DNA of 64,000 nucleotides from Gammaproteobacteria bacterium. Its GTDB lineage: Bacteria > Pseudomonadota > Gammaproteobacteria > Eutrophobiales > Eutrophobiaceae. Location: assembly GCA_965243205.1 (NCBI GenBank), contig CBDEUK010000002.1:160001-224000 (forward strand). The letters run 5' to 3'. Below are positions 30,301 to 38,524 of the stretch, one piece after another. The notes under the pieces were generated by a model. That model was not told where the DNA came from. It was given only the letters and a program-made list of their open reading frames with translations, and did no database searches. A program made the translations under genes and the position numbers. Position 1 is the stretch's first letter; the number at the start of each line of letters is the position of its first letter.

Positions 30301-31558
30301 CATGAAAAGTATGTATGCCTGTATTTTCATTAAAATCAATAAGAATATTTTTTAATAATTCTGCATCTTCAATGCTTAATGGATTAATCCAAAATGGTTT
30401 CTGTAAGTATTGGATGATTGCACTGACGTTTTCAGAAGCTCCAGGTGCTTGATAATAAATTTGGATTAATTCAGGAAAGTGAGATAAAAATTTAATTTCA
30501 TCATGGGTTAATGTTGTTTTCTCTTTAATTAAAAGAGACATGGCCTCTTGAAAATATAAACAGATATCTTGTATACCTAAAAGGTTTTCTCTGGCAGCAA
30601 TTTTAACTATATGTTGTATTGTCTGTTCTATCTCTTCAATTCTAGTTTTTGATTGGTCAAAACTTAAAATTAAATTTTTAGTTTTGGTTAATGTTTGGGT
30701 GAAATTTAACTCTAATTTCTCACTCTTATCTTTCTCTTCTAATAGAGTATCTTGAAGACCAAGTATTTCTAAAAGAATTACTTTATCATCATCTGTTATA
30801 GCAACAGGCCAATGAATATTAGATAAGTTATTTATTAAACCAATTGTATATTCTTGGTTCTCAGGATTTTCAATATATTTATTCGCTAAACTAATCCATG
30901 ATGCAATTAATGTCATTTGAGTGTCTGTAACATTCTCTATATCTTCACAGAGTATTGAAATGTTATCTAATGCCATTAGACATAGATCATGAAAACCAAG
31001 GAAGCCAGATGTTTCAGCAACTTCAGAAATGTTGTCTATTTTTTCTTTAAAATCCAATAACGTATTAGAATCATCGCCTAATAGTTTTGTGGCCGTTGTG
31101 ACTAAATGTGTTATGGTTTTTGATAGTCCATCTTCGTTTGCATCCTCTTCTTTAACATCATCTTCGTTAGATGTATGTGTTATTAAGAGTTCTTTTAGTA
31201 CATCACAATCATTTTCTTCTATGGGAATAGGCCAAGTAATATCACTTAAATTTTGGATAATATATTCAACGGTTTCTTTTATGTCTTTATTATTGAAATA
31301 GTCATCTAAAAGTTTTGGCCATTCTTTAAGTAGAGTATGTTCAGAATCAGATAGCATTTTATGTTCTTCATAGATACATAAAATATTATCTTGTAGTAGG
31401 AGTGATATATTATTTAAAGGAAGATAATCAAGAGTATTGGTTTCTTTAGAAATACTCTCTAAACAGTCAATAATACGTGTAAGAGAAGCAGGGTTATCCT
31501 GATTATATTCTTGAACCGAATATAATAAATTATCTAGCGACTCTTGAATATCATTCAT
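27392..31558 (-). CDS. ChpA/CheA-like hybrid chemosensory kinase (pseudo-Hpt repeats, Hpt, HATPase, CheW, REC)
   Basis: AHTIKGAA Hpt, HMLRNSVDHGIE, DDGAG, PGFTT..SGRGVGMDVV, C-terminal REC. Confidence 0.92.
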   Translation of the reverse strand: MNDIQESLDNLLYSVQEYNQDNPASLTRIIDCLESISKETNTLDYLPLNNISLLLQDNILCIYEEHKMLSDSEHTLLKEWPKLLDDYFNNKDIKETVEYIIQNLSDITWPIPIEENDCDVLKELLITHTSNEDDVKEEDANEDGLSKTITHLVTTATKLLGDDSNTLLDFKEKIDNISEVAETSGFLGFHDLCLMALDNISILCEDIENVTDTQMTLIASWISLANKYIENPENQEYTIGLINNLSNIHWPVAITDDDKVILLEILGLQDTLLEEKDKSEKLELNFTQTLTKTKNLILSFDQSKTRIEEIEQTIQHIVKIAARENLLGIQDICLYFQEAMSLLIKEKTTLTHDEIKFLSHFPELIQIYYQAPGASENVSAIIQYLQKPFWINPLSIEDAELLKNILIDFNENTGIHTFHGNLLASAIEENNKTNHFQVTPSDNPEDDAFISSDLIDMLLSEMLSIADEINELIPEKDDVIETKLEKISKYHLRIERFANASQAAELTGLYQANTVFLENINYLVDKKVFSPEHSSILKDWIQTVTDYLMNVGSPQQSNEIIQLLKNIDLPVPINEEQSNVLIELLNNASCVSEDELTEDNIVTEIDHNDLSITVTEEINSDLLDGLLQELPGQMSDLSEAIQLLCSNNPDINALTKAKRVAHTIKGAANTVGIKGIAYLTHKLEDIFSILSQHQKFPSSKLSEMLISATDCLEDMSESLMERKESPDYTYDIAQEILGWLNLLQTKGIDIIDSDDDEIDSELTRSFELTSTLKQEKIEEKVEDKPTEMISVPIDTIDSLLRLVGESMILNLQLKEKINDSLMKTDNLKEQNTTVRELSNELERFIEMSGNALSKQQVVNQSDYFDPLELEEYNELHTASNRIIEAATDSNEINIDIGSELKNINEILYSQTNLQHEIYDTMMRSRMVPISSIVARLERCVRQTCRTTKKKAKLYCTGQDTLIDRSILNRIIDPLMHMLRNSVDHGIELPEERVKQGKSQTGKIILNITRIGTQINIQFSDDGAGLNKEKILQVAEDKGIINSDSDIPEEEIYRLILQPGFTTREKATQTSGRGVGMDVVYSELLSLNGRLNIDSEENKGLNIELSMPVSLMTSHAIFIEHKKQLLAISNYDVERILHPNDIEVIEQNSSQKLIVDGNKIDFYTIEYLLHSSNENTIDKDNIRPALLINYDNSNRVVFVNTIADSKNIVVKNMGEYLKNVQGVIGATIVGDGSVVPVLDMSDLIRTKVFGKTSTTLNLSHTSIIKLAPTVMIIDDSISTRRALSQVMKDAGYEIMTAKDGIEAIGLMEKKQPSIILVDFEMPRMNGIELTSHVRGMSDLKHIPIIMITSRSTDKHKQLAFDMGVNRYTTKPFSEDNLLDDVASLLSEDV

Positions 31559-31585
31559 AATGATAGGTCTAATTTATAAAATTAA

Positions 31586-32965
31586 TTAAATATCATCTTC
31601 TGAAAGTTTAAATACGCCAACCGATGCTACTAACGACATCGCTTGTTCCACTAATTGATCGGTATGATGAGTTTGTTCTTTTAAATGAGTACCTGTTTTA
31701 CGAACACTATCACGAATAATATCTGTACGTTCTCGTAATTGAGTACTTGTCTTAGCTTGTTGTACAGCGCTGTCTGAGATTTTTTGTACCATATTTACTA
31801 GATCAGCTGTAGAAGTTTGAGTTTCTCTCATTTGTTGACCTGCTTTTTCAGCCAACTGACTTCCCCCAACAACTTGACTAATCAATTCGTTCATGGTGTT
31901 AACAGTACCCGATGTTTCAATTTGAATATTATTAACTAGTGTTGTTATTTGATGAGTAGATTCTTTTGCGTTTTCAGCAAGTCTTTGTACCTCATCAGCA
32001 ACCACAGCGAAACCTCGACCAGCTTCACCTGCTGAAGCAGCGTGCATACTCGCATTCAACGCTAAGATATGTGTTCGTTCAGAAATATTGTTAATTAAAT
32101 TTACCGCAGTACCAATTTCTTGAGAACGTTCCCCTAAACGTTTAATTCTTTTTTCTGTCTCACGAATGGTATCTCGAATTTTATTAATACTATCGACTGT
32201 ATTGGTTACAGTCGTCATAGCGGTTATGGTCGATTTAATGGCTTCTTCTGCAGCAGAGTTAGAGTCTTGAGCAAGCTTGGAAATATTAGCCATAGCTTCA
32301 GCTGCTCTTCTTAATTCTTTGGCGGCACTATCAACTTCTTCTTGTTCTTTATCAGCTAATAATAATACATTATCTGATTGATTCTTAACTAAGTTAGATG
32401 TTTCAGCAACTTCGGTTGAAATTTCTGTTACAGAGTTCAGGACTTTTGCTGTTTCGTTCGTCATCATGTTTAACGCATCAGCTAATGGACCTGTTATGTC
32501 TTCATTCACAGTCGCTTTAATTGTAAGATTTTTTTGAGCTAATTGAGCAACTGTTTCTAATAACATCACGACAGAATCGTTTAACTGCTCATTTTCTTCT
32601 TCAATTCTTGAAAAAGCAGTAACACGATCGTTTAACATTGTGTCAATATAATTTCCGATTTTTCCAAACTCATTTTTTTCTTTTAAGCCAGTTCGTGCTT
32701 CTAAGTCGCCTTGAGATATTTTTTCAAGAGTTGAAAGTAAACGAAAGGTTGGCGTATAAAATTTATTTGCAAGAAAAACTGCCCCCACAGCGATTAAGAA
32801 TAAAGTGATAATTAGAGCAATTACAATGGGAATAAGGTTTTGAGAAAGTGCTTGGAAATTATTTTCAGCTCCAAGTGTATAAACAACATATCCAAAAAAG
32901 CTTAAGAATATTAAGCTGCCTATAAATGCAGAAAAATAAATGGTGTTTTTTGATGTGAATTTCAT
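31586..32965 (-). CDS. Methyl-accepting chemotaxis protein (PilJ-like) without periplasmic sensor
   Basis: Two close TMs, HAMP, signalling tip ILALNAS..AASAGEAGRGFAVVADEVQRLAE. Confidence 0.92.
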   Translation of the reverse strand: MKFTSKNTIYFSAFIGSLIFLSFFGYVVYTLGAENNFQALSQNLIPIVIALIITLFLIAVGAVFLANKFYTPTFRLLSTLEKISQGDLEARTGLKEKNEFGKIGNYIDTMLNDRVTAFSRIEEENEQLNDSVVMLLETVAQLAQKNLTIKATVNEDITGPLADALNMMTNETAKVLNSVTEISTEVAETSNLVKNQSDNVLLLADKEQEEVDSAAKELRRAAEAMANISKLAQDSNSAAEEAIKSTITAMTTVTNTVDSINKIRDTIRETEKRIKRLGERSQEIGTAVNLINNISERTHILALNASMHAASAGEAGRGFAVVADEVQRLAENAKESTHQITTLVNNIQIETSGTVNTMNELISQVVGGSQLAEKAGQQMRETQTSTADLVNMVQKISDSAVQQAKTSTQLRERTDIIRDSVRKTGTHLKEQTHHTDQLVEQAMSLVASVGVFKLSEDDI

Positions 32966-32982
32966 TTTAAGCTCTCAGTTCT

Positions 32983-33549
32983 TTATAGGGCATCATCTTG
33001 AATTTCTTCTTCAGAGTATTCTTTTGTGATGTAACGCATAAACCCTCTGAAGTCGACCTCTGACCATATAGTGCTTTCTATAGAATAAATAGATTTAATA
33101 AATAGACTTAATTCGCTAGGAATATTGCTAGTTTGATCAAAACTAGATTCTTTAGCGTTATCAAAATCTAATGCGATAGGAAATGCATCTAAATAAATAG
33201 CAACATATTGACCACCATGATCAAAAATAACTAATGGATTGGTTTCATCTCTTGTTTTAAATGACCATAACGCATGTAAATCAAATACCGGAATTAAATT
33301 TCCTCGATGATTAATTAAACCTCGAATCCATTCATGAGTGTTGGGAATAGGGTAAATAGAATAACTACGAATGATTTCGCATGGAATTGTTTGGTCAAAT
33401 AATAAATTTAAATCACACACTTTGTATCCGTATCGAATATTTTTTTCATCTGAACTCGATAAATCGACGAGTCCTTCAAACGGATCAAAGTGTTCAAGCT
33501 CAGGACTCAGTCTTATCCAATCAGGTGTTTTATTTGTATCTGAGTCCAT
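32983..33549 (-). CDS. CheW/PilI-like adaptor
   Basis: PIPNT..WIRGLINHRGNLIPVFDL. Confidence 0.88.
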   Translation of the reverse strand: MDSDTNKTPDWIRLSPELEHFDPFEGLVDLSSSDEKNIRYGYKVCDLNLLFDQTIPCEIIRSYSIYPIPNTHEWIRGLINHRGNLIPVFDLHALWSFKTRDETNPLVIFDHGGQYVAIYLDAFPIALDFDNAKESSFDQTSNIPSELSLFIKSIYSIESTIWSEVDFRGFMRYITKEYSEEEIQDDAL

Positions 33550-33557
33550 GGGAAATT

Positions 33558-33926
33558 TTAATTAGAAAACGTTTTGATCTGGTCAAGAATTTGTTCGGGT
33601 GTATAAGGTTTTGAGACAAGCTCTTTACCACCTTGCATTTTAGCCCAAACACGGTCAGCTTTTTGTTTTTTGCTGCTTACAAAGATCACTGGTATAGCTT
33701 GTGTGTCAGCATCATTACTGAGTTCTCTTGTTGCTTCATAACCATCCATTTCATCCATGACGATATCCATAAAGATGATGTCAGGTTTTTCCGTCTTTGC
33801 TAATTCAATGGCAATCTTTCCATTCTTTGCAGTTATAACTTCACAACCAGTTGCTTTTAAAATTTGTTCTAAGTTTTGTCGATCAGTAGAAGAATCATCA
33901 ACAACCAAAACTTTTTTTATCGCCAT
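33558..33926 (-). CDS. Single-domain response regulator, PilH-like
   Basis: VLVVDDS.T, DIIFMDIVM, DGYEATREL, SSK.QKADRVWAKMQG. Confidence 0.9.
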   Translation of the reverse strand: MAIKKVLVVDDSSTDRQNLEQILKATGCEVITAKNGKIAIELAKTEKPDIIFMDIVMDEMDGYEATRELSNDADTQAIPVIFVSSKKQKADRVWAKMQGGKELVSKPYTPEQILDQIKTFSN

Positions 33927-33961
33927 ACCTTATACTCTCCAAATATAACTCTATACAGATT

Positions 33962-34807
33962 TTAATTAATATTATTATTTATGTTATTTGGTATTTTTAC
34001 ATATTGATTAATAATTTCTTGAAATACCGCCTCACCAACAGGTTTGATTAAATAAGTATCACAGCCTGATAATTTACCCTTAATTCGATCGGCTGGTGAG
34101 GAGTTACCTGTTAACATTATTACAGGCGTTGATTTTGCATTACCTTCTTTTATGGTTTTACAAACCTCATAGCCATCAACACCAGGTAAGACTACATCTA
34201 GAAAGATAATATCGTATTGATTTTTATCAATCAGGGTATAAGCCTCTTCACCAGTTACAGCAAAATCTACATTAGCGTATTGTTTCAATGCTTTATCCAT
34301 TTGGATTCGCACCGGTAAGCTATCATCAACGACAAGTGCTTTTAATTCATTACCATTATTAGATGATGTTTTTTGCGATGCTGTTACATTGAAAGAAGTA
34401 TTTTCAAGTGTAGCATCTTGCATTGTAATCGTTTTCGCTAAAATAGCAGGTTGTTCTTGAAGCTGTAGTTCATTCTCCGCAACCTGATCCAATACACTAA
34501 TAACGCGTGTTGCTATTAATGGACGTTTAACTTGATAGTGTTTTGTTTTAAATTCTCTATCTTGTGAAACTAATACCGAAGAAGGTTCACTATAACCTTG
34601 TCTTTCAAGGTTATCTCGATATACACGCCATTTGATTAATGCAGAAGGTTCATCTGCATTCACCATTAATATATTTGGTCTGTCATCTAACGACTGTGCC
34701 GCGTAACATTTATTTCGAGTCTGAGAATAAGTAAAAGCCGAGTTTAATCGTCTCTCCTCGATATCAGGAATACCAATTAAACCAATTGTGACATTCTGCT
34801 TCTGCAT
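33962..34807 (-). CDS. PilG-like response regulator with extra N-terminal domain
   Basis: C-terminal REC (FLDVVLPGVDGYEVCK, DRIKGKLSGCDTYLIKP); ~150-aa unassigned N-terminus. Confidence 0.85.
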   Translation of the reverse strand: MQKQNVTIGLIGIPDIEERRLNSAFTYSQTRNKCYAAQSLDDRPNILMVNADEPSALIKWRVYRDNLERQGYSEPSSVLVSQDREFKTKHYQVKRPLIATRVISVLDQVAENELQLQEQPAILAKTITMQDATLENTSFNVTASQKTSSNNGNELKALVVDDSLPVRIQMDKALKQYANVDFAVTGEEAYTLIDKNQYDIIFLDVVLPGVDGYEVCKTIKEGNAKSTPVIMLTGNSSPADRIKGKLSGCDTYLIKPVGEAVFQEIINQYVKIPNNINNNIN

Positions 34808-34818
34808 AGCCTTTAGAA

Positions 34819-35820
34819 TTATGTATTATCAATCGTTAAGTACACTAAGGTTTGGTTTAATAATTGATATGCAATTTCACCAAATGTCATTGGGCCTGTA
34901 ATCTCACCAGTCTTTTTCCCTTCTAACTCAAGCCATAAATAGTTTAAGACACAGTTACATGAAAAAGTAATCGCGTTATCAAGATTAGGTAATGCTTTTT
35001 GAAATTCAGATACATAATCACTTGCTGGTGATGCTAATTTGTATTCAACACCACTAAATACAGGAGCATAAAATGAAACATTTTTATTTTCTGTATCATT
35101 TTCTTGAAAACATACGTTGATCATTGCACCAGAATAATTGGCGACTAATGGCAATTGAGTATCGATGTCATGTTCTGTCATGTAATCAGAAAGTGATTGT
35201 TCAACACCATTGACCAAACATTTTTGCGCAGAGAAACCCGTTTCTAAAAATTCAAAGGTATCCCCATCACCTTGTTGCACAGTGTTGATGATATTTAAAT
35301 TGGCAACTTTGTTTGGTGCAAGAGTGACATGCATTGCTACAGCTTTATCGCCAGAAGACTCACCTGTACCACCATTGAATACTTTCGGAGAAACAGAACC
35401 TAGATCGTCTAAGTGAATACCAGTTACCCATCCAATAATAGGTTTGATAAACATTTCTTCGTATTCAGGAGCTTTTTGTGCATAGTTTAGATGTATATCA
35501 CTGAATGCTGGAATCAGTAATACTGTAAATCCATCGTCGGGTGCATCTTTCGCAATATTTTCAATACTATTAGTGTTATAAAATTTAACTTGAATACGCT
35601 TAGCTAAAGAAGTGTCTAATTCAGCTGCATAAATTTCAGATTTTGTTGTTTTTCCACCGTCTTGTGACATGAAATAAGGAATTGTTCCACCAATCCATCG
35701 ACCTTTAGGCAGTTGTTTTAATAGTTCTTCATCTCCCGCTAACCAAAGGACTTTACCTGCTTCAATCGCAGCAGTCGCTTCAGCAACTGAAATTAATTTT
35801 GTGTTTACACTCTGACTCAT
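34819..35820 (-). CDS. FIST-like (DUF6976-type) cytoplasmic protein
   Basis: LAGDEELL..LPKG.WIGGTIPYFM, FSCNCVLNYL, GPMTFGEIAYQLLNQTLVY; no signal peptide. Confidence 0.7.
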   Translation of the reverse strand: MSQSVNTKLISVAEATAAIEAGKVLWLAGDEELLKQLPKGRWIGGTIPYFMSQDGGKTTKSEIYAAELDTSLAKRIQVKFYNTNSIENIAKDAPDDGFTVLLIPAFSDIHLNYAQKAPEYEEMFIKPIIGWVTGIHLDDLGSVSPKVFNGGTGESSGDKAVAMHVTLAPNKVANLNIINTVQQGDGDTFEFLETGFSAQKCLVNGVEQSLSDYMTEHDIDTQLPLVANYSGAMINVCFQENDTENKNVSFYAPVFSGVEYKLASPASDYVSEFQKALPNLDNAITFSCNCVLNYLWLELEGKKTGEITGPMTFGEIAYQLLNQTLVYLTIDNT

Positions 35821-35842
35821 ATCTATTCCTCTGACTCTCTAT

Positions 35843-37375
35843 TTATGCTGCAACCAACTGGTTAAGTTCAGCACGATGTTTTTGTTGATGTTTAATAAAG
35901 TATTGTCGAAGTATTTTCGCTCCAGCCATGCGGGTTGATTCCGAAGGATTTTTTTCGACTGAAATACGAATTCGCTCTAGCATCATTTTTAAAGCAACGA
36001 CATCAGTAACGATCTCTAATTCGCCATTGATTAAACGCTGCCAGCTAGGATGATCTTCAGCTGGAATTTCAGTATGTATATCTTCAGCTATTGTAGGGTT
36101 AGCGACTACTTGACCCAGTAAGATCAAAATTTCTTCACGATGCCTTGCTTGGTGTTTAACGAAATATTGATGCAAAATTTTAATACCAGCGGCTCGGTTT
36201 GATTCGGTCGGATTACGTGCAATCGACATTCTTACACGCTCTAACATCATTTGTAAGCCGACAGCATTAGTATCCAAGTTAATTGAACCGTTGAGTAATT
36301 TTTGCCAGCACTCATGATTAGTAGCAGGTACTGTAACTACTGCAGGCATGGTTACAGTCGTTGCTAATGGTTCTGAAGCTGAATCAATTCCAAGTTGTTT
36401 TAATTCCTCACTCAAACGGGTTTTGTGTTTTACAAAGAATTGTCTAAGAATTTTTGCTGCTGCATGTCGAGAACTTTCAGAAGGTGAGTTAGCAACTGAT
36501 AGGCGAACTCTTTCTATCATCATCTGCAAGCCAACATGAGCTGTATCGATGTTTTGCTCGCCAGAAATAATTTGTTTCCAACATTCATGTTGTTCTGCTG
36601 GTATACCACCCTGGATAACTTCTAGATTCGGTTTATCAGTAGCTAGGTTGGCTAAGTTGCCATTTAAGATATCAATATCTTCTCTATGAGTTGACTGATT
36701 CTTGACAAAATATTGCCTTAATAGCCGAATACCCGCTAATTTTGTTGTTTCGCTCGGTGTTTGAGTTACTTCTTGGCGTACTCTTTGAAGCAACATTTTC
36801 AAACCAACTGCATTGCTAGGTAATTCCAGTTGGCCTTGGATGAGTTTCATCCAGTTTGGATGTGTTTCCAGTGGAATTTCTTCCATTTCGATCAAATCGA
36901 AAGAATGAGCAACTGTTTCTTGGAATTCAGGCTCTATATTAATGCTTGGTTCGATTGGAGCTTCAATTCGTTCAATAGCCACTCCAGAACGCTCCGAAAT
37001 CTCTCGAACTTCAGAAGCTAATAAGCCAGTAACTTCGCTAACACCTTGAATTGACTTGGATATTTTTATAGCGCTAGTAACTAAATCCTCCATAGCTTTA
37101 GTGTAATGAGAACTTACATAGCGCCAATTATTTTCGTTATTCTCAAGAGCTGATTTCGGGATATGTAAAAATGTCCTCATCCCAAAAACAGGTAGATGTC
37201 GGAGTATTTCATACTCTTCATCATTATCTTTGCGCCAGGAGAAAAAAGAGCGAGTTGCCTCGGATTGAGCAATTGAGATATCGACACGATTCGAAGGACC
37301 GTCAATCTCAATATTAGTTGCGGACCAGCCTTCGTCCAACTTTAACACTTGGGTGCAGAATTCACTATCCCGCAT
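35843..37375 (-). CDS. Uncharacterised protein: ISL3-transposase-like N-terminus plus four ~90-aa tandem repeats
   Basis: Intact 510-aa ORF with RBS; see findings. Confidence 0.8.
   Translation of the reverse strand: MRDSEFCTQVLKLDEGWSATNIEIDGPSNRVDISIAQSEATRSFFSWRKDNDEEYEILRHLPVFGMRTFLHIPKSALENNENNWRYVSSHYTKAMEDLVTSAIKISKSIQGVSEVTGLLASEVREISERSGVAIERIEAPIEPSINIEPEFQETVAHSFDLIEMEEIPLETHPNWMKLIQGQLELPSNAVGLKMLLQRVRQEVTQTPSETTKLAGIRLLRQYFVKNQSTHREDIDILNGNLANLATDKPNLEVIQGGIPAEQHECWKQIISGEQNIDTAHVGLQMMIERVRLSVANSPSESSRHAAAKILRQFFVKHKTRLSEELKQLGIDSASEPLATTVTMPAVVTVPATNHECWQKLLNGSINLDTNAVGLQMMLERVRMSIARNPTESNRAAGIKILHQYFVKHQARHREEILILLGQVVANPTIAEDIHTEIPAEDHPSWQRLINGELEIVTDVVALKMMLERIRISVEKNPSESTRMAGAKILRQYFIKHQQKHRAELNQLVAA
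35855..36877 (-). repeat. Four intragenic protein repeats (start aa 167, 258, 349, 437)
   Basis: Consensus IP.E.H..W..LI.G......VGL.MMLERVR.S....PSE..R.AG.KILRQYFVKHQ..HR.E. Confidence 0.95.
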
Positions 37376-37524
37376 GATGACCCCCTCTGATCTATCTTAA
37401 TGTGAATTATTTATGCAGATCCTTCTGTATTATTACCGTGATTAATTATTTAACTATCAAGTTTAGACAGTGTTTCTGCTTTTACATGCAGCAATTGGCA
37501 AAATTAAGAATTATTTCACTGCTT

Positions 37525-37540
37525 TGTGATTGTTTTCTCA
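37525..37540. promoter_or_regulatory. Candidate CRP/Vfr-family site upstream of chemosensory operon
   Basis: TGTGA-TTGTTT-TCTCA, one mismatch to consensus. Confidence 0.45.
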
Positions 37541-37660
37541 ACAATTCTTAATGGAAATAATTAAAAACTACAGGAGTTTTACAAATTTATTACTATTTAT
37601 CAATAACTTTGATACATTATATAATAAGATTGTGAGCAGTATTTTATTTGATATTGCCCA

Positions 37661-37673
37661 TAAGTTATTGATA
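37661..37673 (-). promoter_or_regulatory. Candidate IHF site
   Basis: TATCAATAACTTA matches WATCAANNNNTTR; AT-rich context lowers specificity. Confidence 0.35.
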
Positions 37674-37764
37674 TTAATATAAATATTATATTTTTAATGC
37701 ATCATGTCTAAACTCCCTTTCATAACAACAAATTAGAAAAGTTTTATAAAGTACTCTATTGATT

Positions 37765-38520
37765 ATGGCCGTACTCTGGCAGCAACAGAAACATGATATC
37801 AAATATGAGATTCGTACAGCAGGAGCGACCAGGCGTTTATACAAAAATGGTGTTTGCCATTCTCAATATAATCCAAATCGCATTCTCACAGGCAGTGTTT
37901 GGGATTTATTATTTATTCCGAGTTTATTATTTGCTCAAAACTCTTCATTAAACGTCTTGGTGTTAGGGGTGGGTGGCGGCGCTGCGATTCGTTTATACGA
38001 TTATTTTCTGCCAGAAACGGTGATTCATGGAGTAGAACTCGATGCTATGCATATCGAGCTGGCCCAGAAATTTTTTGGTATCAGCCAAGATAATATTCAT
38101 ATTCATGAAGCTGATGCCAAAGAATGGGTTAAAGACTATGGTGGAAAACCATTTGATATTGTTATTGAAGATGTGTTCATGGAAGAAAAAAAACAACCGA
38201 TACGAGCTATTGATGCAACAAGTCATTGGTATCAAGACTTATTATCGTTGATGAAAGACGATGGTATGTTGATTATGAATTTTGCGAGTCTAAAAGAATT
38301 TCGTCAGTCGTCGGCATTACGCATAAAACAACTTAATCAACGGTTTAAAAGTATTTTCCAATTAACAACACCATCATTGGATAATGTGATAGGAGTTTAT
38401 TCACTTCAAACGTTCCAAACACAAGACTTGCACAATGCTTTGATGGGGTGCGAGCAGGTTAGAAAAGCGATCGAAACGAAGTATCTTCGATACAGAGTGC
38501 GTAAACTCAGAAATTTATAA
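37765..38520 (+). CDS. Spermidine synthase-like SAM-dependent methyltransferase
   Basis: VLVLGVGGG, GVELD, EADA, FDIVIED. Confidence 0.8.
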   Translation: MAVLWQQQKHDIKYEIRTAGATRRLYKNGVCHSQYNPNRILTGSVWDLLFIPSLLFAQNSSLNVLVLGVGGGAAIRLYDYFLPETVIHGVELDAMHIELAQKFFGISQDNIHIHEADAKEWVKDYGGKPFDIVIEDVFMEEKKQPIRAIDATSHWYQDLLSLMKDDGMLIMNFASLKEFRQSSALRIKQLNQRFKSIFQLTTPSLDNVIGVYSLQTFQTQDLHNALMGCEQVRKAIETKYLRYRVRKLRNL

Positions 38521-38524
38521 AGTT

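Noticed and set aside
35843-37375. Active ISL3 insertion sequence or simple pseudogene
   Set aside because: No DDE domain, terminal repeats or frameshifts; long intact ORF integrated in an operon
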